Shown here one piece after another: positions 18,673 through 28,118 of a stretch of DNA of 33,695 nucleotides. The position numbers and the translations under genes are program-made. Every line of letters starts with the position of its first letter. Within the stretch, counting starts at the first letter, position 1. The stretch is from Candidatus Woesearchaeota archaeon (lineage in GTDB: Archaea; Nanobdellota; Nanobdellia; SCGC-AAA011-G17; GW2011-AR18): contig JAGVZG010000025.1 in assembly GCA_018302765.1 (NCBI GenBank), positions 1-33,695 of the forward strand. Reading direction: 5' to 3'. A model generated the notes under the pieces. That model was not told the DNA's origin. It saw nothing but the letters and a program-made list of their open reading frames with translations, and did not search any database.

Positions 18673-19185
18673 TCATAACTGCTTTAAAAGTTTTCCCTTT
18701 TTCATGCCAACAACCTGTAATTTGGCATTTTTAAAATTTTCTTTGTAGCCAAATATTTCATAAAGAAAAATACCTAAAGCACTAACCTCAGAAATAGGCT
18801 GGTTGGTAACACTAAAATTAAAATCAGCAATGTTATAAAAATCATATTCAACCTTTTCTCCGCCAACAATAATTAATAAATTTCTATTTTTAATATTGTT
18901 TTTAGAAGATATAAAATCCTTGCCATACATTGTTAGATGTGCTATCAAGAAACCCTGCTTTTTCTTTTGTTCCAATAACGATTTTGGGTCTTCTAAATAT
19001 TCAATTTCAAAAGGCCCGCCAAATTTTTCAGTTATTTTATTTATGCTTTTTTCCATGTTGTTGTCTTTTTGTCCACTATAATATATTTTTGAAGAACATA
19101 AAGCTCTTGCAGTAAGTGCAACATGGGTGCTTACTCTTGCATCTCTTCCAATCCTATGATTTAATCTTAGAACTTCTATTACCAT
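18673..19185 (-). CDS. trm56: tRNA (cytidine(56)-2'-O)-methyltransferase
   Basis: LRLNHRIGRDARVSTHVALTARA, HLTMYG, VGGEKV, NQPISEVSAL. Confidence 0.95.
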   Translation of the reverse strand: MVIEVLRLNHRIGRDARVSTHVALTARALCSSKIYYSGQKDNNMEKSINKITEKFGGPFEIEYLEDPKSLLEQKKKQGFLIAHLTMYGKDFISSKNNIKNRNLLIIVGGEKVEYDFYNIADFNFSVTNQPISEVSALGIFLYEIFGYKENFKNAKLQVVGMKKGKLLKQL

Positions 19186-19365
19186 TTACTTGTCCATTTA
19201 TTATCTTTCTGCAATTTTTACTTCTACAGCTATATTTAATTTTCCTATGATAACATTATCAGTTATAATCATGAAAATCAACTTTCTTGGAAAATTATAT
19301 AATTTTTATAATTAAATATAATTGTATATTTTTTCTTATTTCTAATTTCAAGTAATTTCTTAAAT

Positions 19366-19893
19366 TCATTTTTTTAAAATATCAATAACTTCTTCCTCTA
19401 TTTCGTCAACACTTCTGTCTCCTTCTATAATTACTGCTCTGTTTTTATAGTATTTCAGCAAAGGTTGAGTCTGCTCCCTGTAAACCTTGAATCTTTCTTT
19501 TATTGTATCAGGAGTGTCATCACTTCTTCCTTCAAGCTTAGCCCTTTTTAATAATCTTGCCTTCAAAACATGAAAAGGCACATCTAAAACAATAACAAAA
19601 TCTGGAGGATTATAATTATCTAAGAACCTTGCCTGTTCCAGAGTTCTAGGATATCCATCTAATATATATTTATTTTTAGGTATGATTCTTTTTATAATGT
19701 AATTAAGATCTATAGGTGCTAATTCACCCTTTTCTATAAATTTCTTGATTTTCTTACCAACACTGCTGTTTTTTTCTATTTCTTCTCTTAATATATCACC
19801 AGTAGAGATATGTTTAATTCTAAGGTCTTTTGCCATTAATTTTGCCTGTGTGCCTTTGCCAGATCCAGGCGGACCAAAAATAATAATTTTCAT
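19366..19893 (-). CDS. adk: Adenylate kinase, bacterial-type short-LID
   Basis: GPPGSGKGTQA, STGDILR, LDGYPRT..QA, R.DD....I..R. Confidence 0.95.
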   Translation of the reverse strand: MKIIIFGPPGSGKGTQAKLMAKDLRIKHISTGDILREEIEKNSSVGKKIKKFIEKGELAPIDLNYIIKRIIPKNKYILDGYPRTLEQARFLDNYNPPDFVIVLDVPFHVLKARLLKRAKLEGRSDDTPDTIKERFKVYREQTQPLLKYYKNRAVIIEGDRSVDEIEEEVIDILKK

Positions 19894-20381
19894 CTTAATT
19901 TTTTAACCATTCTGTATTTTGCTATTTTAAAACCCCATTTTTTATATAAATTAACTGCAGGGTTTTTCACATTAACATCCAAATCAGCTTGTTTATATTT
20001 TCTTTTTTGAACTTCTTTTAAAAATATATTTTTCATCTTGGTTGCGATGCTCAAATTTCTAAATTTCTTTAAGACAAATAAGTCTGCAATATAACCCCTT
20101 TTATATTTATCATAAAAAATACCTTCAATATAACCTGTAATTTTTCCATTAAATTCAGCAACTACAAAATAATTCTTTAGTTTATCACAAAATTCATCTT
20201 TTATCTGTCTCTTCGAGAACTTAAAGAATATTTCACATATACTTATTTTTTTATATTCTTTTTCAAATATCTTATATAATCCATAATACTCTTCAAAATC
20301 AGTTATATTTCCCTTTCTAAAAATTAAAGACCTACCCAAAGTAGCCCTCTTCTTCGTCTTTTGTTTCTTCTTTCCAGACAT
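19890..20381 (-). CDS. GNAT family N-acetyltransferase (start uncertain)
   Basis: VAEFNGKITGY, IADLFV...R...IAT, A.NLYKKWGF. The annotated start overlaps the upstream gene by 50 nt. Confidence 0.8.
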   Translation of the reverse strand: MSGKKKQKTKKRATLGRSLIFRKGNITDFEEYYGLYKIFEKEYKKISICEIFFKFSKRQIKDEFCDKLKNYFVVAEFNGKITGYIEGIFYDKYKRGYIADLFVLKKFRNLSIATKMKNIFLKEVQKRKYKQADLDVNVKNPAVNLYKKWGFKIAKYRMVKKLR

Positions 20382-20811
20382 CTTTCATTTTTTCAATAAT
20401 AACAAGCAGTTCTTTTTTAAAATCTTGCCATTGTTTATTGACTTCTATTATATATTTAACATCTTCTTCATCAGAGCCACATTCAACGTCTAAAAGAAGA
20501 GAATTTCTTTCAATAATCATTAATTTTTTGTGTAATAAAACTAATTTTGTTTTTTCTTGTTCATTAAAAAAGCCGGCTTCATAGCCACTTATTGCGCTCT
20601 GTAAACTTGGATAAAGTATGTTCTCTATGATTCTGCAGAAAAATATAACCTTATCATTTATTTTTCTTCTTATGCTTCTAATTATAAAACTATTTTTATC
20701 AATTAAAGATATTTCAAAATCTTTATTTACTAAGTCAAAATTTGGAAGATATTTAAATTTTTTTCTGAGTTTTATATATTCTGTTTCAATATCAAAATTT
20801 TCTTTTGCCAT
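20332..20811 (-). CDS. Hypothetical helical protein
   Basis: 159-aa ORF in an operon-like run with GNAT and adk. Confidence 0.65.
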   Translation of the reverse strand: MAKENFDIETEYIKLRKKFKYLPNFDLVNKDFEISLIDKNSFIIRSIRRKINDKVIFFCRIIENILYPSLQSAISGYEAGFFNEQEKTKLVLLHKKLMIIERNSLLLDVECGSDEEDVKYIIEVNKQWQDFKKELLVIIEKMKDVWKEETKDEEEGYFG

Positions 20812-20883
20812 TAAAAAAGCAATGAGTTATCAACATTTAAATTTTTTGTATATTTTTACTACGGCTTAGGAAAATGATTATAA

Positions 20884-20988
20884 AGCCCTGGGGGAGATTT
20901 GGACTCCCGATCTCTTCCTATTTGGCTTAAATACCAAGGAATTTAGCAAACTTTCGTTTTGTGCTATACCAGGCTAAGCCACCAGGGC
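20884..20988 (-). tRNA. tRNA-Thr(GGT) with two introns: 19 nt at 27/28 (20942-20960) and 12 nt at 37/38 (20920-20931)
   Basis: GCCCTGG/CCAGGGC acceptor; C|TTCC-TTGGTA|A-GGAAG anticodon arm after excision; central helices TAGC/GCTA and TTGG/CCAA. Confidence 0.9.
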
Positions 20989-21036
20989 AATAGAAATCAA
21001 AAATTTATTCTATTTTTAAAAGTTGTCGTTTTAAGA

Positions 21037-24000
21037 TTAATCATAAGGATACAATTCATCTATATCTTCTTCAGCTATTTTTACTTTAGCTAAGATCTTA
21101 TTTGCTCCTAATCTTATTTTTGTTTTGTCTTCAACTAAACCGCCAAATAATAAAATTAAAGGAACTAACATTACAAAAATAATCCAAGACCTTAAATTAG
21201 ATAAAACTACGTCCACTCTTCTCGGAATTTTTACTAATGATTCCACATTTAAATCAATGTCTAATTCAGGAACAAGGACACCATCTTTTAAAACCATCTT
21301 AGGTTTCAATCTTGCAGTATTTCTTCCTTCATTAATATGAATTGTTCCACCTCTAACTCCAATAGTTACTGCTCCTGGCTTTGGAACTTCTTCTGGCTTC
21401 TCTTCTGGTGGAGAAGGTTTTTCTTTTCCGCCTCCCCCACCGCCACCTCCACCACTTGCTCTTTCTTGGCTCCCAGTACTAGGAACGTCAACAAATCTTA
21501 CAACACCAAAACTACTAAAACTCGTTATCGGACCATAATTAATCCTGCCATTTAATAAGTCTATATTAGATCTTCCTAAACTAGACCATCCAGAAGAACC
21601 ATATCTGGCAATTCTAATTTGGCTTAAAAGTGCACCTAAACCATTAGCTTTACTAGCATTATAAAACAACGTTAAATTTATACTTCCAGATTCGCTATTA
21701 TTTGTAATATTAACAATATTAGAAAGGTTAGTTAATATATTACAACTGCTAAATCCACTAGATGCACAACCACTTTCCTGCACACCAGTGTTATTTAAGT
21801 CTAATGCTTTTATTGCAATATTAGTAGCACTGTCTATAATATATACACCATAATCAGTAACTATACCATTCATTCCAGAATCATAAACATATCCTCCTTC
21901 AGTAATGTTAAAGTCAGGAGTAGTATTATTTGATTGGCTTATATTTATAGTTTCTCTTAGGTAAGCTGTAGCATTATATATTAAAATTTGTGATATAGAA
22001 TTATTTCTTAAAAACAAATTTGATATTGTGATATTATTAGTATTAAGGACAACAAGACCTTTGCTATTATTTGTAATGTTATTTACACTCAAAACATTAT
22101 TAGGCCCAGATACAACAATTCCGCCACGGTCAATGTTAAGACTGCCTAATAAATTATTGGTAGAAATATAATTATATCTAATGTTATTATTTTGTGAATT
22201 GCCTTGAATACGTAGTCCACTAAAATTATTAATAAAAATATTGTTGCCTGTTATATTATTATTATCTGAAAATCCTGATAAATCAATACCATTTGAATTA
22301 TTAAACATACTATTATTAATTAATTGATTATTTGATGAGTTATCAAGTACAACACCACCTTCTCTATTGTTTAGAATAGTATTCAATGACATATTATTTT
22401 CAGATCCAAAAATAAGATATAAGCCTCTACTATCATTATTCAAGATATTCAAATTTACTAAAGTATTATTACTATAATTTAAAACAACACTTCCATTGTT
22501 AAAATTAAAAGTATTATTTGTAATATTATTATAATACGAATTAACTATATAAGTTCCTTTGTTATTATTAAATCTTATGGTATTAAAGCTAACATTAGTA
22601 TAGTTACTAAAGTTAAGATAGATGCCATAAGTATTATTCTCAATAAAAGAATTGCTGTATATATGATTAATAAAATTAACACCAGTAATATAAATTCCAG
22701 AAGCAAGCCCATTAGTATGATTTGTTATTGTATTGCTGAATATCCTGTTGCTATTAGGTGTTTCATTAATGTAAATACCACTTAAACCATTAGTTCCAAA
22801 AAAGTTTCCGCTAATATTATTAAAAGAAGAATTCCTTGATATTAACAAACCATAAACAGTATTATTTATCAGACTGTTGTTAAATATGCTATTGTTGCTA
22901 GAACCCAATTCAATACCATAGCCAACATTATCTTTAATTGTATTATTCGTAATGTTATTAAAGTCTGAAGTAGGATCAACAAAAACACCAGTATTCAAAT
23001 TGTTATTTATAATATTAAATCCTAAAATATTAATTTCGCTATTGCTATCAAACTTAATGCCATGTCTTATTTGATTATTTATACTATTACTGCTAATATT
23101 ATTATAATAAGCAGATTTTAACTCAAATCCATCTATACTACTTAATCTTATAGTATTATTTGTTATATTAGTATAGTTACTAAAGTTAAGATAAATACCA
23201 TAAGTATTATTCTCAATTAATGGATTGTTATAAATATAATTAATATCATTAACAAGATTCAGAATTACACCGCTGCCTTCTAAGGTTGAATTTAAATGAT
23301 TATATATACTGTTAGAATAAATTCTATTTCTGCTTGATGTAAAATTTAAAACAATACCATAAACAGTATTATTGTATATCCTATTGTTACTTATGTTATT
23401 ATCAGAAGAATTAAGTAATCTTATCCCTCCAATATTATTGAATCTTATGGTGTTATTAGTAATATTAGTATAATTACTATGATTCAAATTAATACCATAA
23501 GTATTATTCTCAATAAAGTAATTATTATAAATATGATTAATACCATTAACAGTATTTACATCTATAGCCCTTCCACGTCCCCTATCCAAATGTTTGTATA
23601 TTGTATTATTAAATAAGATATTTCCAGAAGCTCCTTCCCTAAGAGCAACCCCTATGTCTGTATTATTATAAATTGTATTTGAGTTTATATTATTAAATTT
23701 AGAATTTGATACTAATGATATCCCATTTGCTTGATTTTCAGATACGTTATTGAAACTTATAGTATTGTTTTCAGAGTAATCTAGTCTTAAACCATTAAAA
23801 GTATTACTATAAATTGAATTATTAGATATTACATTGCTTTTTGAAACATTAATAAGTATTCCTCTTCCAGTGTTGCTGAATATCTTGTTTGAAACCAAAG
23901 TATTATTATATGAAGTTGAAGCAATATTAACTCCAAAGTTATTTGAGCTTATATTGTTAGAAGTTAAATTATTAAATGTTGAATTTTCTATACGTACACC

Positions 24001-27000
24001 GTCATTAGTATTGGAACTTATCACATTATTTGTTATATTAGTATAGTTGCTAAAGTTAAGATAGATACCATAAGTATTACTATTTATTAATAAATTATTA
24101 TATATATTACTTATATTATTAACACCATTTATGTAAACTCCGCTGGCTAAACCTTTAGTGTTATTGCGTATTTCATTAAAATATACTTTAATTTCAGCTG
24201 ATCCAGTTGTTATAAAAACCCCAGCTTCAGAATTATTATAAATAGTATTATTATAAATGTTATTGCTCTGCGAATTTAAAGTATAAATACCATAGCTGCT
24301 ATTACTAATATTAAGCCCATAAATGTTACTGTTATTGCTTTTTAAGTACACTGCACCAAGACTAGAACTACCAGAAGAACCGAAAATAGTTAAATTTGTT
24401 ATATTAATACCGTTTGCGTCAGTTATATTTAAGGCAGGCAGGGAACTATTAGTTGCATTTAATAAAACACCAGATTGGTTTCCATAAATATTCATAGATT
24501 TATTTAACAAAACGTTTTCATTAAAAGGTGTAGTTGAATAACAACTAAGTATGGTGCCACCAGCGCTTGAATTATCTATGGCCCACTGAAGTCGTGTAAA
24601 TGCTTCTTCACTAGAACTATCACAAAAGGTCCCATCTGCACTTGCAGATACATTGGTTAAACCAAAGCTGACAACAGCAAGCGGTCCTAAATTAGTTATT
24701 GACTTTAATGTAACAAATTTTGTAGTTGTATCAATACCTGTTCTCCTCAGGTTACTCCAGCCGCTGAAGGAAAAATTATACATTCCAATATTTATATTTG
24801 TCTTTCTTCTACTATCATTATAATTTATTATTGTTAAGTCTAGTGTGCCTAAACCGCTGGTATTTGTAACATTTATAACGTTCGAAAAGTTTGTTATAAT
24901 CCTGCAGTTAATATCTGAAGAATTTGCGCACCCATTAAGAGTTGCTCCAGAAGCGCCTAAAGTTAACGCTTTTACAGTTATGTTTGTAGCATTATTTATC
25001 ATATAACTGCCATAATCTGTAGTTATATTGCTTAAACTATTATTGTATAAAAAACTGCCAAAACTGATATTCAGATCTAAGGAAGAATTTGATGTTCTTG
25101 ATATATTTATTACGCCAGAGATATTTACTATGGAATTTATAGCACGAATTTGCGCTAAAGTGTTGTTCACAAAAATACTGCGGTTAACAATAATATCAGT
25201 AACATTTACAAACAAAAGGCCTTCTACTGTATTATTTACTAAAATATTATCTTCTAAATTATTTCTGTCAGATGAATTTACTAATATTCCGGTAGCGCTA
25301 TTGATTACTGTATTATTTGTAATATTAACATGCTTTGATGCTAATTCTAATACAATTCCATAGCTAGAAGCATCGTAAACAGTATTATTAAAAATACTTG
25401 TATTTGTAATTGATGATAAATAAATTCCATTTTGCTGGGCACTCCCAATAAATGTATTATTATATAAAGTAATATTATAAGAATTAGAGTCTAACAAGAA
25501 TCCATATATTGTGTTATTTGTTACAGTATTATTTATTATGGTAGCATTAGATGAGTTGGATAAACGCAAGCCAGAATTAGAATTATTAATTAATGTATTG
25601 TAATAAACCCCAACAAGCATGCTGTTATTTATAAAAATGCCGTCTAAACTATTAAACCTAATTACATTGTTTGTAATATTTACAAACCTGCTGTAATTTA
25701 TATAAATTCCATAAGTATTGTTTTCAATAGCAGGATTATCATAAATTTTATTTGTAAATGCAATTGAATCTACAAGATTCTGCTGTAAGAATATGCCGGC
25801 TGCATTTGTTCCTCTATGTCCATGAATAGTGTTATTGAAAATAAGATTTGTATCAGCACTAGTAGTAGTTAAATAAATTCCTGCTAAAGAATTATTGTAA
25901 ATCATATTATAGGAAACATTATGGCCATTAGCAGAACTTCCTAAATTTATTCCATATCTTGTATTATTCGCAATTGTATTATTTACAATCACATTATTAT
26001 CATTAGAAGCTATAGTAAATCCATCTGTATTATTATGAATTAAATTACCACTGTAATTATTATTGTCTGCCAGTATAAAAAAACCATTAGTACTATTTGC
26101 AATTAAATTACCTGTAAAATTATTATTTTGCGTATTGCTTATAACTTCAAAGCCATACCTAAAACAAAAAACAACATTTAAATCAAGAGTGTTGTTTCCT
26201 CCACCACTTAAAGTAACGCAGTCACCAAAGCCTCGTACAAGATTACTTCTGAAAATACTATTATATGCAGTAGTAATATACAAACCAGATGTTTGTGTTC
26301 CAGTGTATCTATTAGTGATATTATTATTTGTTAAATTAGTATTGTTTGTAAAATTTAAGTAGATACCATATGTATTATTTGCAATCAATGGGTTATTGTA
26401 AATATGATTTGTTCCATTAATAAGACTCAAGTAAATACCTGCAGCCAAACCTGCAGTATGATAAGCAACAGTATTATTCTCAAAAAGTCTGTTATTATTA
26501 ACTGGCCCTTCTTTGCTTGCATCCATATAAATTCCAGCTTGTCCATTGCCTGAAATATTGTTTCTTGAGAAATTATTCAGGCTTCCAGAAACAAAATAAA
26601 ATCCATAAAACCCATTCTCTGTTATATTGCTTGTACGAAATTTATTGTTATCAGAATTATTTGTGACATAAATTCCATAATAAGAGTTATTTGAAATCCA
26701 GCTAAATTCTATTTCCATAAAAGTAGTATTCTGGTAAAGAATACCATATAAACCATTATGGCTGATGTTGTTGTTTGGTTTAAATGCACCATTGGTACAA
26801 AAATAACAATGTAAACCTATCTGAGTATTCTCGCTAAGATTATTTTCTGATACTCTTGAATTATTAGTTGTATTAAAATAGACAGCTATGCTATTTGATT
26901 TAATATTACTATATGAAACATTTGTAAAGTTTGCATTATTATCTGAAACGCCATAAGTGTTGTTTGTTATGCTATTGCTGTATAAAAAAGTTATATTGTT

Positions 27001-27771
27001 AATCAGTTCTAAATAAATTCCAGAAGCAAGCCCATTGGTATGATTATATATTGTATTGCTAAAAACACTGTTATTGTTTGATATTTCTCTAATAAATATT
27101 CCTGATTGACTATTATTAAATATAAGATTATTGCTTAAATTATTAAATGAGCTAAAATTTAAGAAAATACCATAAGCATTGTTGCTAATGTTGTTGCCAT
27201 TAAGTAGATTAGCTGTTGCATTTCTTAATGGGTTTACACCTCCAAAAGGTATTGTATGATCTAAAAGAAATCCTTCTCTATTGCCAATAGCAATATTATT
27301 GCTTAAATTATTGTCCTGTGCTTGAATTGAAAAACCAGAATTTGTTATATTAGAAGCGCGACTGCTATCAATAGTATTATTTGTTCCATTGCCGTCAATA
27401 TTAAAACCAGATCTTGTGTTATTAATAGAAGTTATATTTCTGATTATTACATTAGTAGCGTTATGGATTGTTATGCCATGGTAGCTAGCATTGATTGTAC
27501 CGTTGGCGACAATTGTTCCAAAAGCTGTAGGGGCAATATATATAGCCGCCTCGCCATTTTTGCTTGAATTGCTTATAGAGAAGCCAGCCAAATCAAAAAT
27601 AATTCCTGTAGAAGTAATATTTATGCATGCAACACCAGTAGAAGACACTAAACTGGTGTTTAATGTGTATGTTCCAGCACTGCTTAATACTCCACAAGAG
27701 TCCACACCAACAGTATAAACAAGAGGTAAAGTTAATAGAAAAATAACTATAAAAATTAATCCTCTTTTCAT
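21037..27771 (-). CDS. Giant (~2,244 aa) right-handed parallel beta-helix (NosD/PbH1-repeat) surface protein
   Basis: Signal peptide MKRGLIFIVIF at 27771 (the longer ORF start lies inside tRNA-Leu). Dozens of N.I.NN..GI.L repeats, poly-Gly/Pro linker, C-terminal TM. Confidence 0.85.
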   Translation of the reverse strand: MKRGLIFIVIFLLTLPLVYTVGVDSCGVLSSAGTYTLNTSLVSSTGVACINITSTGIIFDLAGFSISNSSKNGEAAIYIAPTAFGTIVANGTINASYHGITIHNATNVIIRNITSINNTRSGFNIDGNGTNNTIDSSRASNITNSGFSIQAQDNNLSNNIAIGNREGFLLDHTIPFGGVNPLRNATANLLNGNNISNNAYGIFLNFSSFNNLSNNLIFNNSQSGIFIREISNNNSVFSNTIYNHTNGLASGIYLELINNITFLYSNSITNNTYGVSDNNANFTNVSYSNIKSNSIAVYFNTTNNSRVSENNLSENTQIGLHCYFCTNGAFKPNNNISHNGLYGILYQNTTFMEIEFSWISNNSYYGIYVTNNSDNNKFRTSNITENGFYGFYFVSGSLNNFSRNNISGNGQAGIYMDASKEGPVNNNRLFENNTVAYHTAGLAAGIYLSLINGTNHIYNNPLIANNTYGIYLNFTNNTNLTNNNITNRYTGTQTSGLYITTAYNSIFRSNLVRGFGDCVTLSGGGNNTLDLNVVFCFRYGFEVISNTQNNNFTGNLIANSTNGFFILADNNNYSGNLIHNNTDGFTIASNDNNVIVNNTIANNTRYGINLGSSANGHNVSYNMIYNNSLAGIYLTTTSADTNLIFNNTIHGHRGTNAAGIFLQQNLVDSIAFTNKIYDNPAIENNTYGIYINYSRFVNITNNVIRFNSLDGIFINNSMLVGVYYNTLINNSNSGLRLSNSSNATIINNTVTNNTIYGFLLDSNSYNITLYNNTFIGSAQQNGIYLSSITNTSIFNNTVYDASSYGIVLELASKHVNITNNTVINSATGILVNSSDRNNLEDNILVNNTVEGLLFVNVTDIIVNRSIFVNNTLAQIRAINSIVNISGVINISRTSNSSLDLNISFGSFLYNNSLSNITTDYGSYMINNATNITVKALTLGASGATLNGCANSSDINCRIITNFSNVINVTNTSGLGTLDLTIINYNDSRRKTNINIGMYNFSFSGWSNLRRTGIDTTTKFVTLKSITNLGPLAVVSFGLTNVSASADGTFCDSSSEEAFTRLQWAIDNSSAGGTILSCYSTTPFNENVLLNKSMNIYGNQSGVLLNATNSSLPALNITDANGINITNLTIFGSSGSSSLGAVYLKSNNSNIYGLNISNSSYGIYTLNSQSNNIYNNTIYNNSEAGVFITTGSAEIKVYFNEIRNNTKGLASGVYINGVNNISNIYNNLLINSNTYGIYLNFSNYTNITNNVISSNTNDGVRIENSTFNNLTSNNISSNNFGVNIASTSYNNTLVSNKIFSNTGRGILINVSKSNVISNNSIYSNTFNGLRLDYSENNTISFNNVSENQANGISLVSNSKFNNINSNTIYNNTDIGVALREGASGNILFNNTIYKHLDRGRGRAIDVNTVNGINHIYNNYFIENNTYGINLNHSNYTNITNNTIRFNNIGGIRLLNSSDNNISNNRIYNNTVYGIVLNFTSSRNRIYSNSIYNHLNSTLEGSGVILNLVNDINYIYNNPLIENNTYGIYLNFSNYTNITNNTIRLSSIDGFELKSAYYNNISSNSINNQIRHGIKFDSNSEINILGFNIINNNLNTGVFVDPTSDFNNITNNTIKDNVGYGIELGSSNNSIFNNSLINNTVYGLLISRNSSFNNISGNFFGTNGLSGIYINETPNSNRIFSNTITNHTNGLASGIYITGVNFINHIYSNSFIENNTYGIYLNFSNYTNVSFNTIRFNNNKGTYIVNSYYNNITNNTFNFNNGSVVLNYSNNTLVNLNILNNDSRGLYLIFGSENNMSLNTILNNREGGVVLDNSSNNQLINNSMFNNSNGIDLSGFSDNNNITGNNIFINNFSGLRIQGNSQNNNIRYNYISTNNLLGSLNIDRGGIVVSGPNNVLSVNNITNNSKGLVVLNTNNITISNLFLRNNSISQILIYNATAYLRETINISQSNNTTPDFNITEGGYVYDSGMNGIVTDYGVYIIDSATNIAIKALDLNNTGVQESGCASSGFSSCNILTNLSNIVNITNNSESGSINLTLFYNASKANGLGALLSQIRIARYGSSGWSSLGRSNIDLLNGRINYGPITSFSSFGVVRFVDVPSTGSQERASGGGGGGGGGKEKPSPPEEKPEEVPKPGAVTIGVRGGTIHINEGRNTARLKPKMVLKDGVLVPELDIDLNVESLVKIPRRVDVVLSNLRSWIIFVMLVPLILLFGGLVEDKTKIRLGANKILAKVKIAEEDIDELYPYD
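22594..24079. repeat. Three near-identical 43-nt intragenic repeats (22594-22636, 23167-23209, 24037-24079)
   Basis: ATTAGTATAGTT(A/G)CTAAAGTTAAGATA(G/A)AT(G/A)CCATAAGTATTA; 41/43 identity pairwise; encodes NTYGIYLNFSNYTN. Confidence 0.85.
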
Positions 27772-27823
27772 GTTATAAAGTCTGTTTAAGAACTTTAAAA
27801 ACATTACTGTGAAGAAATATAAG

Positions 27824-28008
27824 TGCGGGGGACAGGATTTTCTCATAAGTCTAGGAGTTGATAATAACCTAGGTTCTTATATTTGAACCTGCGTAGGCCT
27901 TAGCCACAGGATATCTTATTGCCTGATCTTAAGTTTAGCAAAGCTTCTCTAGCTTACCTGCCCATATAGTCCTTCTTACGAAGATTGACCAGGCTCTGGC
28001 ACCCCCGC
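27824..28008 (-). tRNA. tRNA-Leu(TAA) with four introns (21/22: 27966-27984; 30/31: 27935-27956; 37/38: 27913-27927; ~58/59: 27839-27882)
   Basis: Removing 19+22+15+44 nt from 185 nt gives an 85-nt canonical archaeal Leu: GCGGGGG TG CCAG AGCCTGGTCAA ATGG G CAGGA CTTAAGA TCCTG TGGCTAAGGCCTAC GCAGG TTCAAAT CCTGT CCCCCGC A. Confidence 0.87.
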
Positions 28009-28033
28009 TTAAAATAAAAGAATCAGATATTAT

Positions 28034-28048
28034 TTTATAAAGTTTTGG
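28034..28048 (-). promoter_or_regulatory. BRE-TATA promoter of tRNA-Leu
   Basis: CCAAAACTTTATAAA on the minus strand, about 26 nt upstream of the tRNA. Confidence 0.6.
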
Positions 28049-28118
28049 ATTTGTTCTTAGTACTGTTCAAATAAAAATCATCCAAAATATTTAAAAAAAC
28101 CAACGAAATATTGAATTT

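Noticed and set aside
19201-19272. 23-aa ORF (MIITDNVIIGKLNIAVEVKIAER) upstream of trm56
   Set aside because: Too short, with no recognisable motif; cannot be supported.
22594-24079. 43-nt repeats as a CRISPR array
   Set aside because: They are in-frame protein repeats with irregular spacing of hundreds of nt, and there are no cas genes.
20989-27823. tRNA-flanked giant gene as an integrated island or provirus
   Set aside because: No duplicated tRNA 3' end (att site), no integrase and no clear compositional boundary.
27772-27846. N-terminal extension of the giant ORF
   Set aside because: It starts inside tRNA-Leu intron 4 and its 3' exon; the signal peptide starts at 27771.
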